From assembly GCA_973895155.1 (NCBI GenBank), contig OZ316896.1, forward strand, positions 21,823,150 to 21,887,149: a stretch of 64,000 nt of DNA, in the 5' to 3' direction. Source of the DNA: Marsupella aquatica (taxonomy: Eukaryota; Plantae; Marchantiophyta). Position numbers and translations under genes: made by a program. The notes below the pieces were generated by a model, which saw nothing but the letters and a program-made list of their open reading frames with translations, did not search any database and was not told the origin of the DNA. Of the stretch, positions 25,597-37,192 are shown piece by piece (position 1 is the first letter of the stretch; each line of letters starts with the position of its first letter).

Positions 25597-26376
25597 ACAA
25601 ATATTCATACTCTCCAAGTACGGGAATATCGCTTCGGCAGGGATTGGCGGAGGGAAGCTCTGTACAGGCATCAACTGTTGATACAACTTTGCCTTCTGCG
25701 GACAAAGCGAGCTAAGTGTTAGGAGGAGGGGCGCAAGGGAAGGGAAGGGTGCAAAGCAAGCTCCGAGAGTCGCGACACCGGAAGTCGGACACGAAGAAGG
25801 GGCACAACCTTCAACCCAAACATCACACGAGTCGACGAATACTATTACACACATAAGAAGCGTGCCTGCGCATGATCATGTGCCCTGTCCATCGTCAAGG
25901 CCGGTACAGTGTCGAGCCCCTCGGAAAGAGGCCGCACTGGATCCTGCTTTATCACTGATCACTGATTCTTTTGCTTCCGCAACAGTCACCATAATTCGCC
26001 TCCTTTCCTCCGTTTCTCCCCATCGACCTCTCTGTCCTCATTATCTTATGTCCGTGGTGGGCCCCTCTCTCCTCAGTCCAATGGATTGCTTTATCGCGCA
26101 ACTTTCCCGTCCCTCTCCGTTGCTTTGCTTCTTTCCAACAACAACTTTCTCTCGCAATCCTCGCTCATCCCATTTGTCTCATCGTTTAAAAGCCCTCCCT
26201 GATTTATTCCGTCAAATCCTCTTTCCCTCTCTCTCAGGGTACACAAAGCTCTACTAATAAACTCTTCTTACCTTCTTGATTGCTGGTTTCGTCTGCTGCT
26301 GCTGCTGCTGCTGCCGCAGCAGCTCCTCCTTGTTCTGCTCCAGTTGTCGCTGCTGGACAAGTTGCCCCGCCTCCAT
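13503..26376 (-). CDS. ROS1/DME: DEMETER/ROS1-family 5-methylcytosine DNA glycosylase/lyase, 2276 aa, 17 coding exons
   Basis: Exons 26272-26376, 21659-24917, 21333-21423, 19115-21032, 18577-18656, 18393-18477, 17559-17650, 17280-17348, 16851-16887, 16590-16672, 15612-16076, 15400-15436, 15095-15152, 14830-14933, 14438-14503, 13858-14011 and 13503-13630; all GT-AG, 6831 nt in frame. The basic stretch is DLNESP..RKKHRPKV. Domain A is RMHLVQGDRRFSVWKGSVVDSVVGAFLTQNVSD. The HhH-GPD region has GLGLKSVEC (catalytic K) and PVDTNVGR (catalytic D). The 4Fe-4S motif is CTKSRPNCNACPMRDDC. The C-terminal RRM-fold has PCRTAMRGIFPLNGTYFQVNEVFADH and GYVCVRGFD. Confidence 0.96.
17848..18036. repeat. ~95-bp tandem duplication in a DME/ROS1 intron
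   Basis: Two adjacent copies of GCGTCAATTYAGAGYATGCCATASACAGTTYAAA...AAAAATGAGCTGCCACARCTTAA...CTGTCACCGATT. Confidence 0.9.
20030..20551 (-). repeat. In-frame 264-bp (88-aa) tandem duplication in DME/ROS1 exon 4
   Basis: HNATSHAGDSLEVREIEEHKTCGVVEES...NSWIQRESGLVE is followed by HNVTSRTGDSLEVRECEEHKTCGVVDDS...NSWIQPESELVE. The anchors GTTGCATTGTG (20541) and GTTACATTGTG (20277) are 264 nt apart. Confidence 0.95.
21865..21925 (-). repeat. 30-bp in-frame duplication (HANQNRAMV x2) at the start of DME domain A
   Basis: GAACCATCGCTCTGTTYTGGTTTGCATGA occurs twice in tandem. Confidence 0.9.
25554..25593. repeat. (CT)n microsatellite in DME/ROS1 intron 1
   Basis: Pure TC run of ~40 nt. Confidence 0.95.
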
Positions 26377-27684
26377 AGCTAACGCACTTAAGTGCAGCTC
26401 AATAAGTCGAAACCAATAAAGTACTCGAGAATAATAGTCGAGTCGATACCAGATTACGACTTCAATTACGGCTTCGACGCCCGGAGCGGGCCCTACGAAG
26501 TTGCATCACGTTACACTAGCGCTCCGCACCACTGCAATTTTTACAATTGGTGCCAATAATTGATAGGCACGAGAACCGTAGCCCTCCCGCATCACTCACT
26601 TCTTAGACGACTACACTGTTTCGTTGCTCTAGTTTGCCCGATAGGAGTAGTAGGAGTACGGGACGATGCTGTCCTCGCGCAGAACCCGCCAACAGCACCA
26701 CGAGCAGGCTAGCTCCTTCTTGCTCCTCGTCCTATTGCTCGTGACTCGCGAGCTGAGCAGCAGCGCTATTTCAATTGCAGCAGCTCAGTACCCCGATGAA
26801 ATGAGCAGTAAGTTCACTAAGCAATAATGCATCAAACATTGGCGGGCCAGGAGCAGCCAATTTCTGCTGCCTAGCTCGACACGAGACAGTACTGAGTATA
26901 GTACCAATTCTTCCGCTGCCTTGAAATGAAAATGATGAGTACTACTTTTCCAGATGAGCAGCCTTTCTTCCTCCGCCTTGAAAGGAAAGTACTTTCCTGA
27001 GCGAAAAAGCTTGACACATCGAGGGGGGTCACAAGCAACCTCAACAAAACGGACCTCAATTGAACTCACTTCTTCTTCTGCCTCGAAATGCGTACTTTAG
27101 AGAGAAGTAAAGCAGCAGTAGCAGCAATCAGTCAATCAACCATTGCGGGGCCACAAGCAAGCGCTCCGACGAGGATTCCTGCCTGTACCACCATTTTTCT
27201 CAATTACACCACTGTCTTTTTGCCGAACTTTACAGAAGACCCGACTTTCCTACGAGGGTCTGTACTCCGACTCACGACGACCTCCTGTCCTCCTCGACCA
27301 ACAACATACTCTCGAGTCCATCACGTTGCAAACTGCAAAGCCGAGCCGACCCGAGCTGCTCCGCCCGAACCCGTACCGTACCATATCTTTTAGCCTCGGG
27401 CGGATCTTCTCGCCTCGGCACCGGAAGGACCGGAGTGGACTGAACACGAGGGACAGGGGTACTGGACTGGTACTGGCCTGTACCAGCCTACCAGGATCCG
27501 TATTTTCTTTCTCTGTTTCGATTTTCTTCTTTGGGGGAATAAAGAACGGACGGGTAGTAAAGTGCGAACGATACCGTGGGAACGAGAAAGACACCGTAGG
27601 TCGTATCACAGGCCCCAACGAGACGCCGACGCTTTGGCTCTCGGGGACTCTACATTTTGGGGGTTATCGCCCAAAATCACACTC

Positions 27685-27748
27685 AAAGTTTGGTCTTAAC
27701 AAGATAAGGTCTTCTCAAAGTTTGACCTTAACAAGATAAGTTATTCTC
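27685..27748. repeat. 32-bp tandem duplication upstream of DME/ROS1
   Basis: CAAAGTTTGGTCTTAACAAGATAAGGTCTTCT followed by CAAAGTTTGACCTTAACAAGATAAGTTATTCT. Confidence 0.85.
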
Positions 27749-28354
27749 ATAACTCAAGTAAACCTATTTATGATTACCGTAAGGAAAGTTCATGAGCTCA
27801 ACACTTAACCCATAATTTTCCTGCAACATTAGACAGAACTCTGGAAAGCCGACACTTGGTGATTGCTGCTACATTTACAAGGGCGGTTGATCAAGATTTG
27901 AGGGGAAATTAATATATGCTATGAGACAAGTGAGGCCATAACTCCTGCCTTATGGGGTGGGTCAATGTTATCTCCCCCATTTTTTAATTTCTAAATTGGG
28001 TCCCATAATTTGAGTTATGAAATATATCACAAATCCATAACTCTCACTAATGACCCAGCTTTGAGACACTAAGGAAAGGAGAAAAACTAAGGAAAAAAAT
28101 TCATTGATTTGAATTACTGTTTTTCCAAAAGCAATTTTGCTGTTGGCAATAAAACCACAGAAATAGAAAATTATTGCTCACCAGAACGACCAGAAAAGTA
28201 TGCAATTTCTCCCAAAAAATGCCATCTTGACAGAAAAAGTTTTTGAAGCACTGGTCCATCTGGGCATTTTGTTGTTTAGGTCCATCGGGGAGTGATATTA
28301 CACAATATAGAGAGGGGAATATAAGGAAAACAGGGAACCCCAGTAAACATGAGT

Positions 28355-28850
28355 GAGCCTTACCTCATCCCACCCTTACTGGAAACCCTTAAGATAAGGG
28401 TTATGACCATCCAACCCTTCCTAGAAAGTCTTCATGCAATCTTACGGGAGAGCCTTATTGTAAGGGTGTTAATCATCCAACCGTTACTAGCAAGCCTTAC
28501 TGTAAGGTAATTGACCAGCCAACAACTAAAATGCAAAACTCCTATCCAATCCATTCACTGTAAAGCTATCAGATTTTCAGACACTTATTTGGGCCACGGT
28601 ACATACTTGTGATTTCCTATTGGGTAACTAAAATGCAAAAAGTCATGTCAAATCCAGCCATATTCAGTTTGCTTCTCAGTAGGGCTTTAGTTATTTTGAC
28701 ACTAAGCAGGACACTCAGGCCTTCATGGAATTCTACACTTTGTTTTGTCCTCTTTATTGGTCTCTTGCCTTTAGGATCCTATCTCCAACCTTGACCCATT
28801 TTGTTATTTACTTGGCTATGTGACGTACTGTGAAGCTATCAATTTTCAGA
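28355..28850. repeat. Cluster of short degenerate repeats, probably a TE subterminal region
   Basis: Recurring GCCTTAYTGTAAGG, CATCCAACC, AACTAAAATGCAAAA (x2) and ACTGTRAAGCTATCA..TTTTCAGAC (x2). Confidence 0.6.
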
Positions 28851-30747
28851 CTATTAGATTTTGTTGCCACCTGCATCAATCCGGCAATTGAATTGTCCCC
28901 AACCATTGATGTTTTCCATCCTGATTTATGGGTGTTTTTGCGTGACCCTGGCCTAAACCCTGGCTCACTTCCCAGTGGCATTTGAGTTTTACTTTCTGTT
29001 TGCAGTTTTGGCCATTTGACTTTGAAGTGCTCGCATCTCAAATTGATATTTCTGTAGTTTTGCTGGCTGCAGCTTTTCTAGGGGTTTTGTGAGTGTTTCC
29101 AATTGGCATTTTTTGTGGTGTGGCCATTGACTGACTTGTGGGCAGTGAAAGTGACTGAATCCAAGGTTTTGGGAGTGGCGGGGGGCGGGGGGGGGGTGTT
29201 TGTCTCAAACAGCAACATGGAGGGATCTTGTTTTATGGCTATTAAGGAGTTGGAGTTCATCAGGGTTATCATCTTGTTTTATAGCTATTCAGAAGTTGGA
29301 GTTCATCGGGGTTATCATTCAGCAAATCATTGGCCCATTTTGATGGTAATTGTGAATAGGTTTAATCTGGACTCCATATAATCATCTCTATGCTATTGCA
29401 TATCTCATTGCAACAAAACTTTTGTAAGGGGCCATCACATAAGGTTTTTTTGAGAGGGGGTCCATGATATGTAAATATACCTCATCTTTTAGGGCCATAG
29501 GCTATCGTCAAGGCAAACGAAGTCTTGTTTTTCTCTCGAGGATGGTAACTACAGAGTACAGCAAACTGGCCTACATGTTCATTTCACTTCCCTTCCCTTC
29601 CAGCCTTCCAGGTCATTTAATTTCCCTCCCACCTTGTTGAGATCTCTCTATTGTCTTTGTGAAGATGCTGCTGACTGCAGAGCTATGCATGCTTGCGGCG
29701 TACACTTGGTCAAAATGCGGCTCTAAGCCACAGTGGAGGCAAGGAGAAAACAAGCTGCTTCATATCACAATTTCCGGCCTAAGCAAAGGAGTGAGCCAGG
29801 AGGAATTGGGCGAGCTCTGCTGTACCACTGAACAGACTGGTAAGGCACAAAGAAGCTATTTTGACTCACATTAAAGCACAAATGAAACAGAGCTAATGTT
29901 GCAACCCTACTGAAATAAGTGTTACTTCTGACTTCAGTACAAGTTCACCAAAGTTAGTGTTCCTGACATTAATTCTCACATAACACTAAGGGTGGCTTTA
30001 CATGACATGTTTTTTCCCTCTAAGATTGAAATGGATTGTATAAGCCAGTGCCCTTTCTACTGGGCCACCAAGAGTCTTGGTTTTGGTCTAACTGAGATTT
30101 TTGGATGCTTTTGGGGTCCACCTTTAGTAGGTCCTTTTATAGTAGGTTATAGTTTCTTATGGTCTCTGTGTTGCTTGGCTACTATTGCCTTTGAGGACTT
30201 GCTCTGGCACTGGGGCTGGGGCTTCTGGCAGATCACTTTTTATTCCTTGAAACCATAAGCAGACCCATCTTGCAGAGGATAGGTGACATACTCTGGAGCA
30301 TGCGCCTCTGTAGAATAGCCACAAGGACCCAGACCAAGAGGGGGAGAGGGGTTTAGCAAAGCAGGGCCCCAAAGCAAACCAGCCAAGGGTTGAGGAGAAA
30401 TCAGTACCCCCACCACACACACACACACCCCTTCCCATTTTTGAGGTTGGGAAGTTGTACATTCTAAGTTTCTACCTTTTTGTGATTGTGTGCTTTTGAT
30501 CCCCCATTGGCTGTGTTTTGCAAATATGGCTCATCTAACCAGGTATGGTGTCTACCAATCTATGGTAAGCAATGGACCCAAGTACATGGTGACGTGGAAT
30601 GCTTATTTTGTCTAGAATTAGACCACCATTATAGATGGCCCAAACATTTACAAACCCTGGCTCTTCATTCAAGAGATTTGCATTGAGTGAAGTTAATTTC
30701 AAAAGATCACAAGATCTTGGTGTTTAGAAAAGGAGGTGGCCTGCCGT

Positions 30748-30917
30748 CCTGTTTGCTTGGTTGACTGAAAGTCACAAGTGCCCCCCAACTTCTTGCAAAA
30801 CTACCAGAACTAGCCTGATTACCTGTTCCTGTTTGCTTGGTTGACTCGAAGTCTAGAAGGTCACAAGTGCCCCCCAACTTCTTGCAAAACTACCTAACTA
30901 GTCTGATTACCTATTCC
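30748..30917. repeat. ~80-90 bp tandem duplication
   Basis: CCTGTTTGCTTGGTTGACT..GTCACAAGTGCCCCCCAACTTCTTGCAAAACTACC..AACTAGYCTGATTACCT occurs twice. Confidence 0.9.
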
Positions 30918-32336
30918 TTCAACATAAATAGAGATGAAGACAAAACAATTTTGCAAAGAAAATTTCTACCATATGTCTCTTTGTTATTCGCCCTATCCCT
31001 ATTTTTTGTTCACCCTCACTTTGTCCTTATCCAGAGTCCAGTTTTGTCTTTATTTCTTAATTCAGTTTTGTCTATATTTTGAGTTACAGTAGCCCTTGAA
31101 AGTAGCTTATGTTCGCAATTTATTAGTATGATAAGGGTGAACAGGGCACTCTAAGAGACCTTAGCGGCGATACCCTTGAAATGAGTCTCACCAACTAATT
31201 TCTAACTTTTGGGGACTCCCTAAGTCAAGTGTGATATTTTGGGGTCCCACCAAGCAACTTTCAGTTTAATGACAGTTTTTTTGGCATGTATTTTGAATCA
31301 AGTCTATGAAGAACATTCGTCTAATAAGATCCACTACTTACCTAATTAGGCACTAACCTTGAGTATCTTAACCTTGAGTATATTTTGACAAAGTCAATGT
31401 TGCCTATATTATTCCCTGGGAGAACGCTGTTTTGTAGTTCTACAACTAAAGGTATAGAATCATAGACAGCTTGTATTATTAAAAAACACCAGTGAGAAGT
31501 TGAACCGACTCTAAACCAGGCAGAGTGAGGTGAGGGTTTAACAAGAGCAAAGGTGGGACCCTGATCTTTTGTCAGGAGGATACCCTAGTTGTAACCAGGT
31601 TTGCCATTGGTTATCACAAAATCTATACTATAATTTGCAATCAAACTCTACAAAAATGATTTACTCCATAGAGTGAACTGGTAGGCCATAGTTATGTGGT
31701 GACAATTATTTCAATGTCGACAAGTTTAGTAAGTGGGGTCGGGCATGGGATTCTGGGTACAACGAGCCTTTCCTTTGTATAAGCATAGGTTTTGGGGCTA
31801 GGTATTATTCAAATTCCTTTCATCAAGGTTAGAGATTCTACTTGTTGAAGGTTACCTAGGATCTGAACGATGGCCTAGCAGGTTGTCTGAAGTCTGGATA
31901 GACTGACAAGCTTAGATGGGCTTTATCAGAATGTCAAAATAGACTCAAATAGCTTTTTTCACACATTTTTACTTGAATGTGCCCTATAAATATTTCCTGA
32001 CCGTTTGCAGACTGTTTTCAATTGGTTTACTTGGTGTTCCAGAGCAGCATCAGTTGCCAATGCTCGACCAGGACTTTTGGCCCTATGTGAATGTTTTAGA
32101 AGCAAGTTTACTGTTGCTATCACGCAGCGTATTCGAGGCATTATTTGTTGCAGAATGGTGTCCTAAGTACAATCTTTGGCCAAAAAAAACAAGTAGTGCC
32201 TTTTGCTGCTCAGGCCCAAACTACTCAAGGTTTTCTCCCCAAAACTCCATAAAAAATTCAGTGAAACGTTTCCAGTGTAAGCCGGCTGATGATTTTTACG
32301 CAACCCATGGGAAAGGCAGGGACAATGTTTTGGTCT

Positions 32337-32451
32337 ATCCAAGCTATGGTTTCCATCTAGCTATGGACAGATCAAGAATAAGATTCACAAAAGATCCATC
32401 CAAGCTATAGTTTCCATCTAGCTATGGACGGATCAACAATAGGTTTCACAA
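32337..32451. repeat. ~61-bp tandem duplication
   Basis: ATCCAAGCTATRGTTTCCATCTAGCTATGGACRGATCAASAATA occurs twice. Confidence 0.9.
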
Positions 32452-32502
32452 TCTTTTGAATCAAGCGTCATTTCACAACCTTGTCTTTTACTTATGGCAA
32501 AG

Positions 32503-35500
32503 TGTGACGGGGTTCCCGTCACCGAAAATCCTCAATAATTGTTTACTGGGTTGTGCCATGTAAATAACCATTGTAAATAAGCCGGTTTTTTTTTAATTTT
32601 CAAGTTAATTCCGTCCTTTCAAGTTGGTGCTGCCAGGAGGACTTTACTTTATTTCCTTCTCGGAATTGTTCTAAACGGTCACGGCAACCTAGAGGGGGGG
32701 CAAATAGGTGGCCTGGCCATTTTGCTTGAACCATTGTCAAGTTCCCCCTATAAGTCCAAGAGGTTAACTTTTCTTTTTGGGGTTAAATGGGTATAACCAC
32801 AACAAGGGCCAAAAGAAGAGAAGGAGTTCTTTTGAGAGGTTAAAAGTTGTTGGAATAAAGGGGTCCATAAGGGGCAGCCCCTGTGGATGCCACCTGGCAT
32901 CTCCATAAGGTCAGCCGGGGCACGGAGTTCAGCCGGGGCGAAGCGTGAAGAGAAGGAGGTGGGGGGGATTAAACCCCTCTTAAGGAGCCCTCTTAATAGT
33001 GCCCCGCAAGTGAACGGAGGGAGGGAGCAAGCCCTGCATAGGGCCGCGAGCCCACCAGCAAAACCCGGGAAAAAGGAGTGGGCGGCCAAGGTAAGGATAT
33101 GGGGCGCGAGCCGGGGCGAGGTGAGCCGGGGCAAAGCGAGCAGGGCGCGAGCAGCCGGGGCGAGCCGAAGCAAGCCAGGGCGCAGGCAGCCGAAGAAAGG
33201 AGGAAGGAGTCGGGGGGAGTATTAACTCTCCCATGAGTGGAGTTGGGGGTAGGGGGAATTTAATTCCCCATACCATGCATGGGGCTGCGGGAGGAAACCG
33301 GGGCTTATGGAGGCCCAAGGGAGAGAGGTACGGGGGGGAGTAAATGCTCCCCGACTAGTGGGAGGCAGGTACTGGGCACGGCGAGCGAGAAGCGGGGAAC
33401 AAAGCGGCAGCCGCGTGTCGGCCTGCGCGCGCCCTGCATAGGGCCGCGAGCCGGGGCGTATGGTGTGAGGGGAGCCAGGAGAAAGAATAGTTGGGGAGGG
33501 TGAAGAAAGGGGTTTTCTCCCCTTTCCTTTGTATTCGTTTTTCTCCCTCCCTTCTCTTTGCGTGACTTCTTGCTCTGCCGAAAGCAATTTCTCTCATTGC
33601 CGAAAGCTCTCTCCACATTTTGCAATTATTTTAGAAGCTTTTTCTCATGGTCAATTGTTGGGGCTTGTTGGCATGATTCTTCCGGGCATTAGCAGCAGTA
33701 GCACGGAGTGGCTTCTGAGGGAATTGAGGGTAATTGATTGATCGGGATACGGGGGCCGTTTTGGGCCAGGGAATTGACATTGCTACGGGTGACGGGATTT
33801 GGTGATTGAGGATTTGATTTCTGGATGCATGGATGCTGGACCAACCGGAGTTTAGTGCGGCACGCGTTCGAAGATACAAGGCTGCTTACCGTGACTACGT
33901 TGAGACATTGATTGCAAGAGAGAGAGAGAAGAGAGAGAAGCTACGATGAGTACTGGACCGGCGGCAAGTTCCGCACCGGTGAGTAGGAAGGTTTTCCGTC
34001 GAATTTATCCCAAAACCTCCGCCAAGGTGATGGAGGATTGTAGGAATTTTTTCAAGCCATCGGGCTCACGGAGTTCATGAAGGTGGAGATTACAATCCCT
34101 TCGGGGAAGAGTTGGAACATTGAGGCCGGGATGGAGTTACGTACGGAAGGAATCTACTTTGAATGTCTCCAACGGGTAGTGCCCCATGTGGAGTTAGCTA
34201 AGCTTCTGTTTCTAGAGAACCAACAATTCTCATTCACCCCTCGGAACATAAGGGGAGAACTCACGTTGACAATGGTGGTCGGTTGGGTGATTAATCCCAC
34301 CTCCACTACTTTCATTCCTCTTTCCGCCGTCAAGGATGCTGAGCACAAGGGATTTCTGGCCAAGGTTCATCAACGGGTCTTTGGTAACGTGCAATCCGGG
34401 GTGGTGAATGGAGAGCATTTCGTGGTAGCTATGGACATCAAGAACTACCCAGCCCATGTGTACGGATGGTGGTACTACGGGTTGAAGAAGCTATTGGACG
34501 CCGATCCCGGGAGTGTGAAACCAGATGGGGCTGTACATTTGATGGGGTCATTTTTGCTGGCCAGAGCAGAAGGGTGGATTGTTTCCCCGGGACAGGAAGA
34601 CTCTGGATCATCCCTGACCACGGAAATTAGGAGTATTGCCACTACCATCGTGGGGAAACTAACGGAGGGATCATCGTCGGCGGTTGGGGATGATAATAGA
34701 GAGGAAGAAAACCAGGATGAAGAGTGGCTTGAATCACTTGTGGGAGATCCGGAGTAGCCCTGGTCTACGACATTCCTGATGTCTACCTGGCGGAGTTACG
34801 GGATTTCCGGGAGGGAGTCCATGAGGGACTCAAGCTAGTCCATGCATTGAGAGATTCTCTCAAGCAGGCCACCGCTAGAGTAGAGACTTTGGAGCAAAGT
34901 GCCCTGTCTATGAAGGAGGTGATCAAGGCCAAGGAGGAGGCCATTCATGAGAAGGTTAAGCTTCTCCAAGCAGCTCACGTAGAGATCTCCAACGTAAAGG
35001 GAGCCTTGTCCACCAAGGCCAAGGAAGCGGAAGAGGTTGGAGTATTGAAACAGGCATTGGCCAAAGAGAAGCAGAATTCTGGAGAAGTGGTGGAGTTAAG
35101 AGCCCAGGTGGGAGCACTACGGAGTCAAATGGTGATCTTTGAGACAAGGGCTAAGAGGAGTGAGGCCGTCTAGGGAAACGGAAGAGCCCCTGCACACCTA
35201 GCTCCACACTTTCCCTGAATTTGATCTCCAGGGCCATTGAGATGGTGGTGAAGGAAGTCAGTGGGAAGTATGGACCCCTCTTGGATGCAGCCAAGAAGAG
35301 TCAAGAGAAAAGCAAGAGCTTAGAGAAGAAGCTCAGGGAGGTACGTAAATCGTTACGAGAAGCTCAGGTCAACACGGGGATGCCACCCTGATCTGTCACC
35401 CCTGGGACTCCCATGGCCACCGGGCAGGTTTTACCGTTGGAGTTGCGGTTCGGTGAAGAGGCGGCCTTGTGGAAGGACACCATTGGTGAGGGGTACATCA

Positions 35501-36775
35501 AGGCGTGGCAGGCCTTGGCCAGTTTGAGGAAGTAGGGGAGCACTAGCACAAGGAGTACCCCCGTGAAAAAGAAGAGGAGTGAAGTGGCATTCACTCCAGT
35601 GGAGAGTGATGAGGAGGCCCACTCACGGGGCTCAAGCCAGGGCACCGTGAGTGAAGAGGAGGAGGATTAGAGTGGTCGTACGGACGTGGTTGTACGGCCC
35701 CTTGACTTTCCAACTTTTTTGTGAGGGGTCACTCACGGGCTTGTTGGAAAGAGCTCGCGGAGCTGATTCCAACAAGAGGTGGCGCTCCTCAAATGGAGCC
35801 AAGATGAGCAAGTTAGGGCCCGACGAAGTTGGGTTTACGGGATACTAAAACGGCCATAACTTGGTCGTCCGATGTCCGTCAAGAGCGGTTGAGTGATTAA
35901 TGATCAGGAGGAGGAGGGCTATCCAAGGGTGAACTCAGAAGTGCAAGTGGAAGGGCACCTAGTTTCGGCCATTGTGGGGTTCCTTGCAATTTCACGGTTC
36001 ACGGAGTAATGTTGGGGCGCCGTCGAAGACACCGTCGGCCCCATTGTTAGTTTTGGGTTTAGGGTTTTAGAAGCATGTGTGTGCCGCATGCTTTTAGTTT
36101 AGGGGTTTCTTGGTGAAGGGTTTAGCGGCGCCGCTAGGGTAGCCGCCATCCTTGTGACCCCGTGAGGGGTGCTTTGGTGTGTTGTTTTGAGTATTTAGGG
36201 GGAGAGCCCCGAAGTAGTGAGGGGGGAACTCAGTCTAGTGTTGGTGTTAGGGAAGTTAACTCATAGCCAGAAGGGGAATTCGAGCCAAAGTAGTGAGGTA
36301 GAGGTGTAGCGCTTGCCCCAGTGAGGCAGGAGTTGGGCAGACGGCAGGAGGCCGGGTTGTCCTTGCAATGTGTTACCACTTTTTGCCAAAAGATATGGAT
36401 TTGGTTTGATTCCTCAAGTTTTGGTGTGGCGTTATCTTTTCCGGCTCACGATTGTGTTCTTTCCCAAGAAGCGTCTAAGGAATACTTGCACGGATTGGTC
36501 GACCATGTGAGTAGGGGGTGGTGATAGCACTCCACCAACGACCAGTAAGAGTGTGTGTGTGTGGGGCGTAGTCCATGGGACTTGATCAAAAGCAGCGGGA
36601 CTAGTCGGTAGACTTGATCACAAACTACATTTCCGGGAGCGAAAATAAACATACTCATCCTACATGCAATAGAATCCTAATAGCGTCCCTCCACGTTCTC
36701 GTCATACGATAACAAACGATTTTAGTAGGAGTAAATACGTATTTGTCGTGTAAATCGTTTGATAAGCAGGTGACA
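32503..36775. mobile_element. 4273-bp TG...CA element with 5-bp TSD; most likely a very long solo LTR (Ty3/gypsy Ogre/Tat-like) or an internally recombined LTR element
   Basis: Starts TGTGAC and ends GTGACA. Flanked by CAAAG at 32498-32502 and 36776-36780. I saw no internal LTR pair, no flanking PBS or PPT and no RT or integrase motifs. It is richer in GC and CpG than its flanks. Confidence 0.8.
33946..35670 (+). pseudogene. Decayed ~575-codon ORF inside the TG...CA element (coiled coil, basic NLS-like motif, acidic tail)
   Basis: ATG 33946 (MSTGPAASSAPVSRKVFRRIYP) frameshifts in the T-run at ~34050 into ORF 34077-34757. A second frameshift at ~34750 leads into VALVYDIPDVYLAELRDF...ORF 34847-35173. 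A third at ~35165 leads into RLGKRKSP...PVKKKRSE...EEEED* (TAG 35668-35670), which has two in-frame stops. Confidence 0.7.
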
Positions 36776-37192
36776 CAAAGTAAGTACCTCCCCTGCCAAC
36801 TCCATAACTAGTCATACCCCCCAAAACTCAGTCAATTTCTTTTAAAACCTTCTAAGCGGGAATTAATAGTACCAATACATGCCAAGATAAACCCTTTCAA
36901 ATCAACATACTATGCCAAAGATCTGGCTCTACAACAATATAGGCACTTCAAAATCAAGTTCAAGGGATTGTAGATTGTGAAAGGGTAATTCTGTTTTGTG
37001 ACAGCAGAGAAGAGACCACTACATTGCTGAATTTGTTATGTTATTTTTCCTTGAAAGAATCTTTTTATTTTAAATGAAAAACTATGTAAACCCCATGGAT
37101 GAGGGGAAACAAGCAACACAAAGCCGCAGCCACGAAGGACAATGGCCATAGGGTAGCCAGATTGAAAAGAAATGTAAAAACAAGAGAACGCA

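Noticed and set aside
28952-28961. CCTAAACCCT, resembling a telomerase RNA template
   Set aside because: No upstream USE (TCCCACATCG) plus TATA type-3 Pol III promoter is visible, and telo-box-like words are common in this window.
32748-33625. Several overlapping 90-140 aa ORFs
   Set aside because: GC-rich low-complexity repeats in the TG...CA element suppress stops in all frames.
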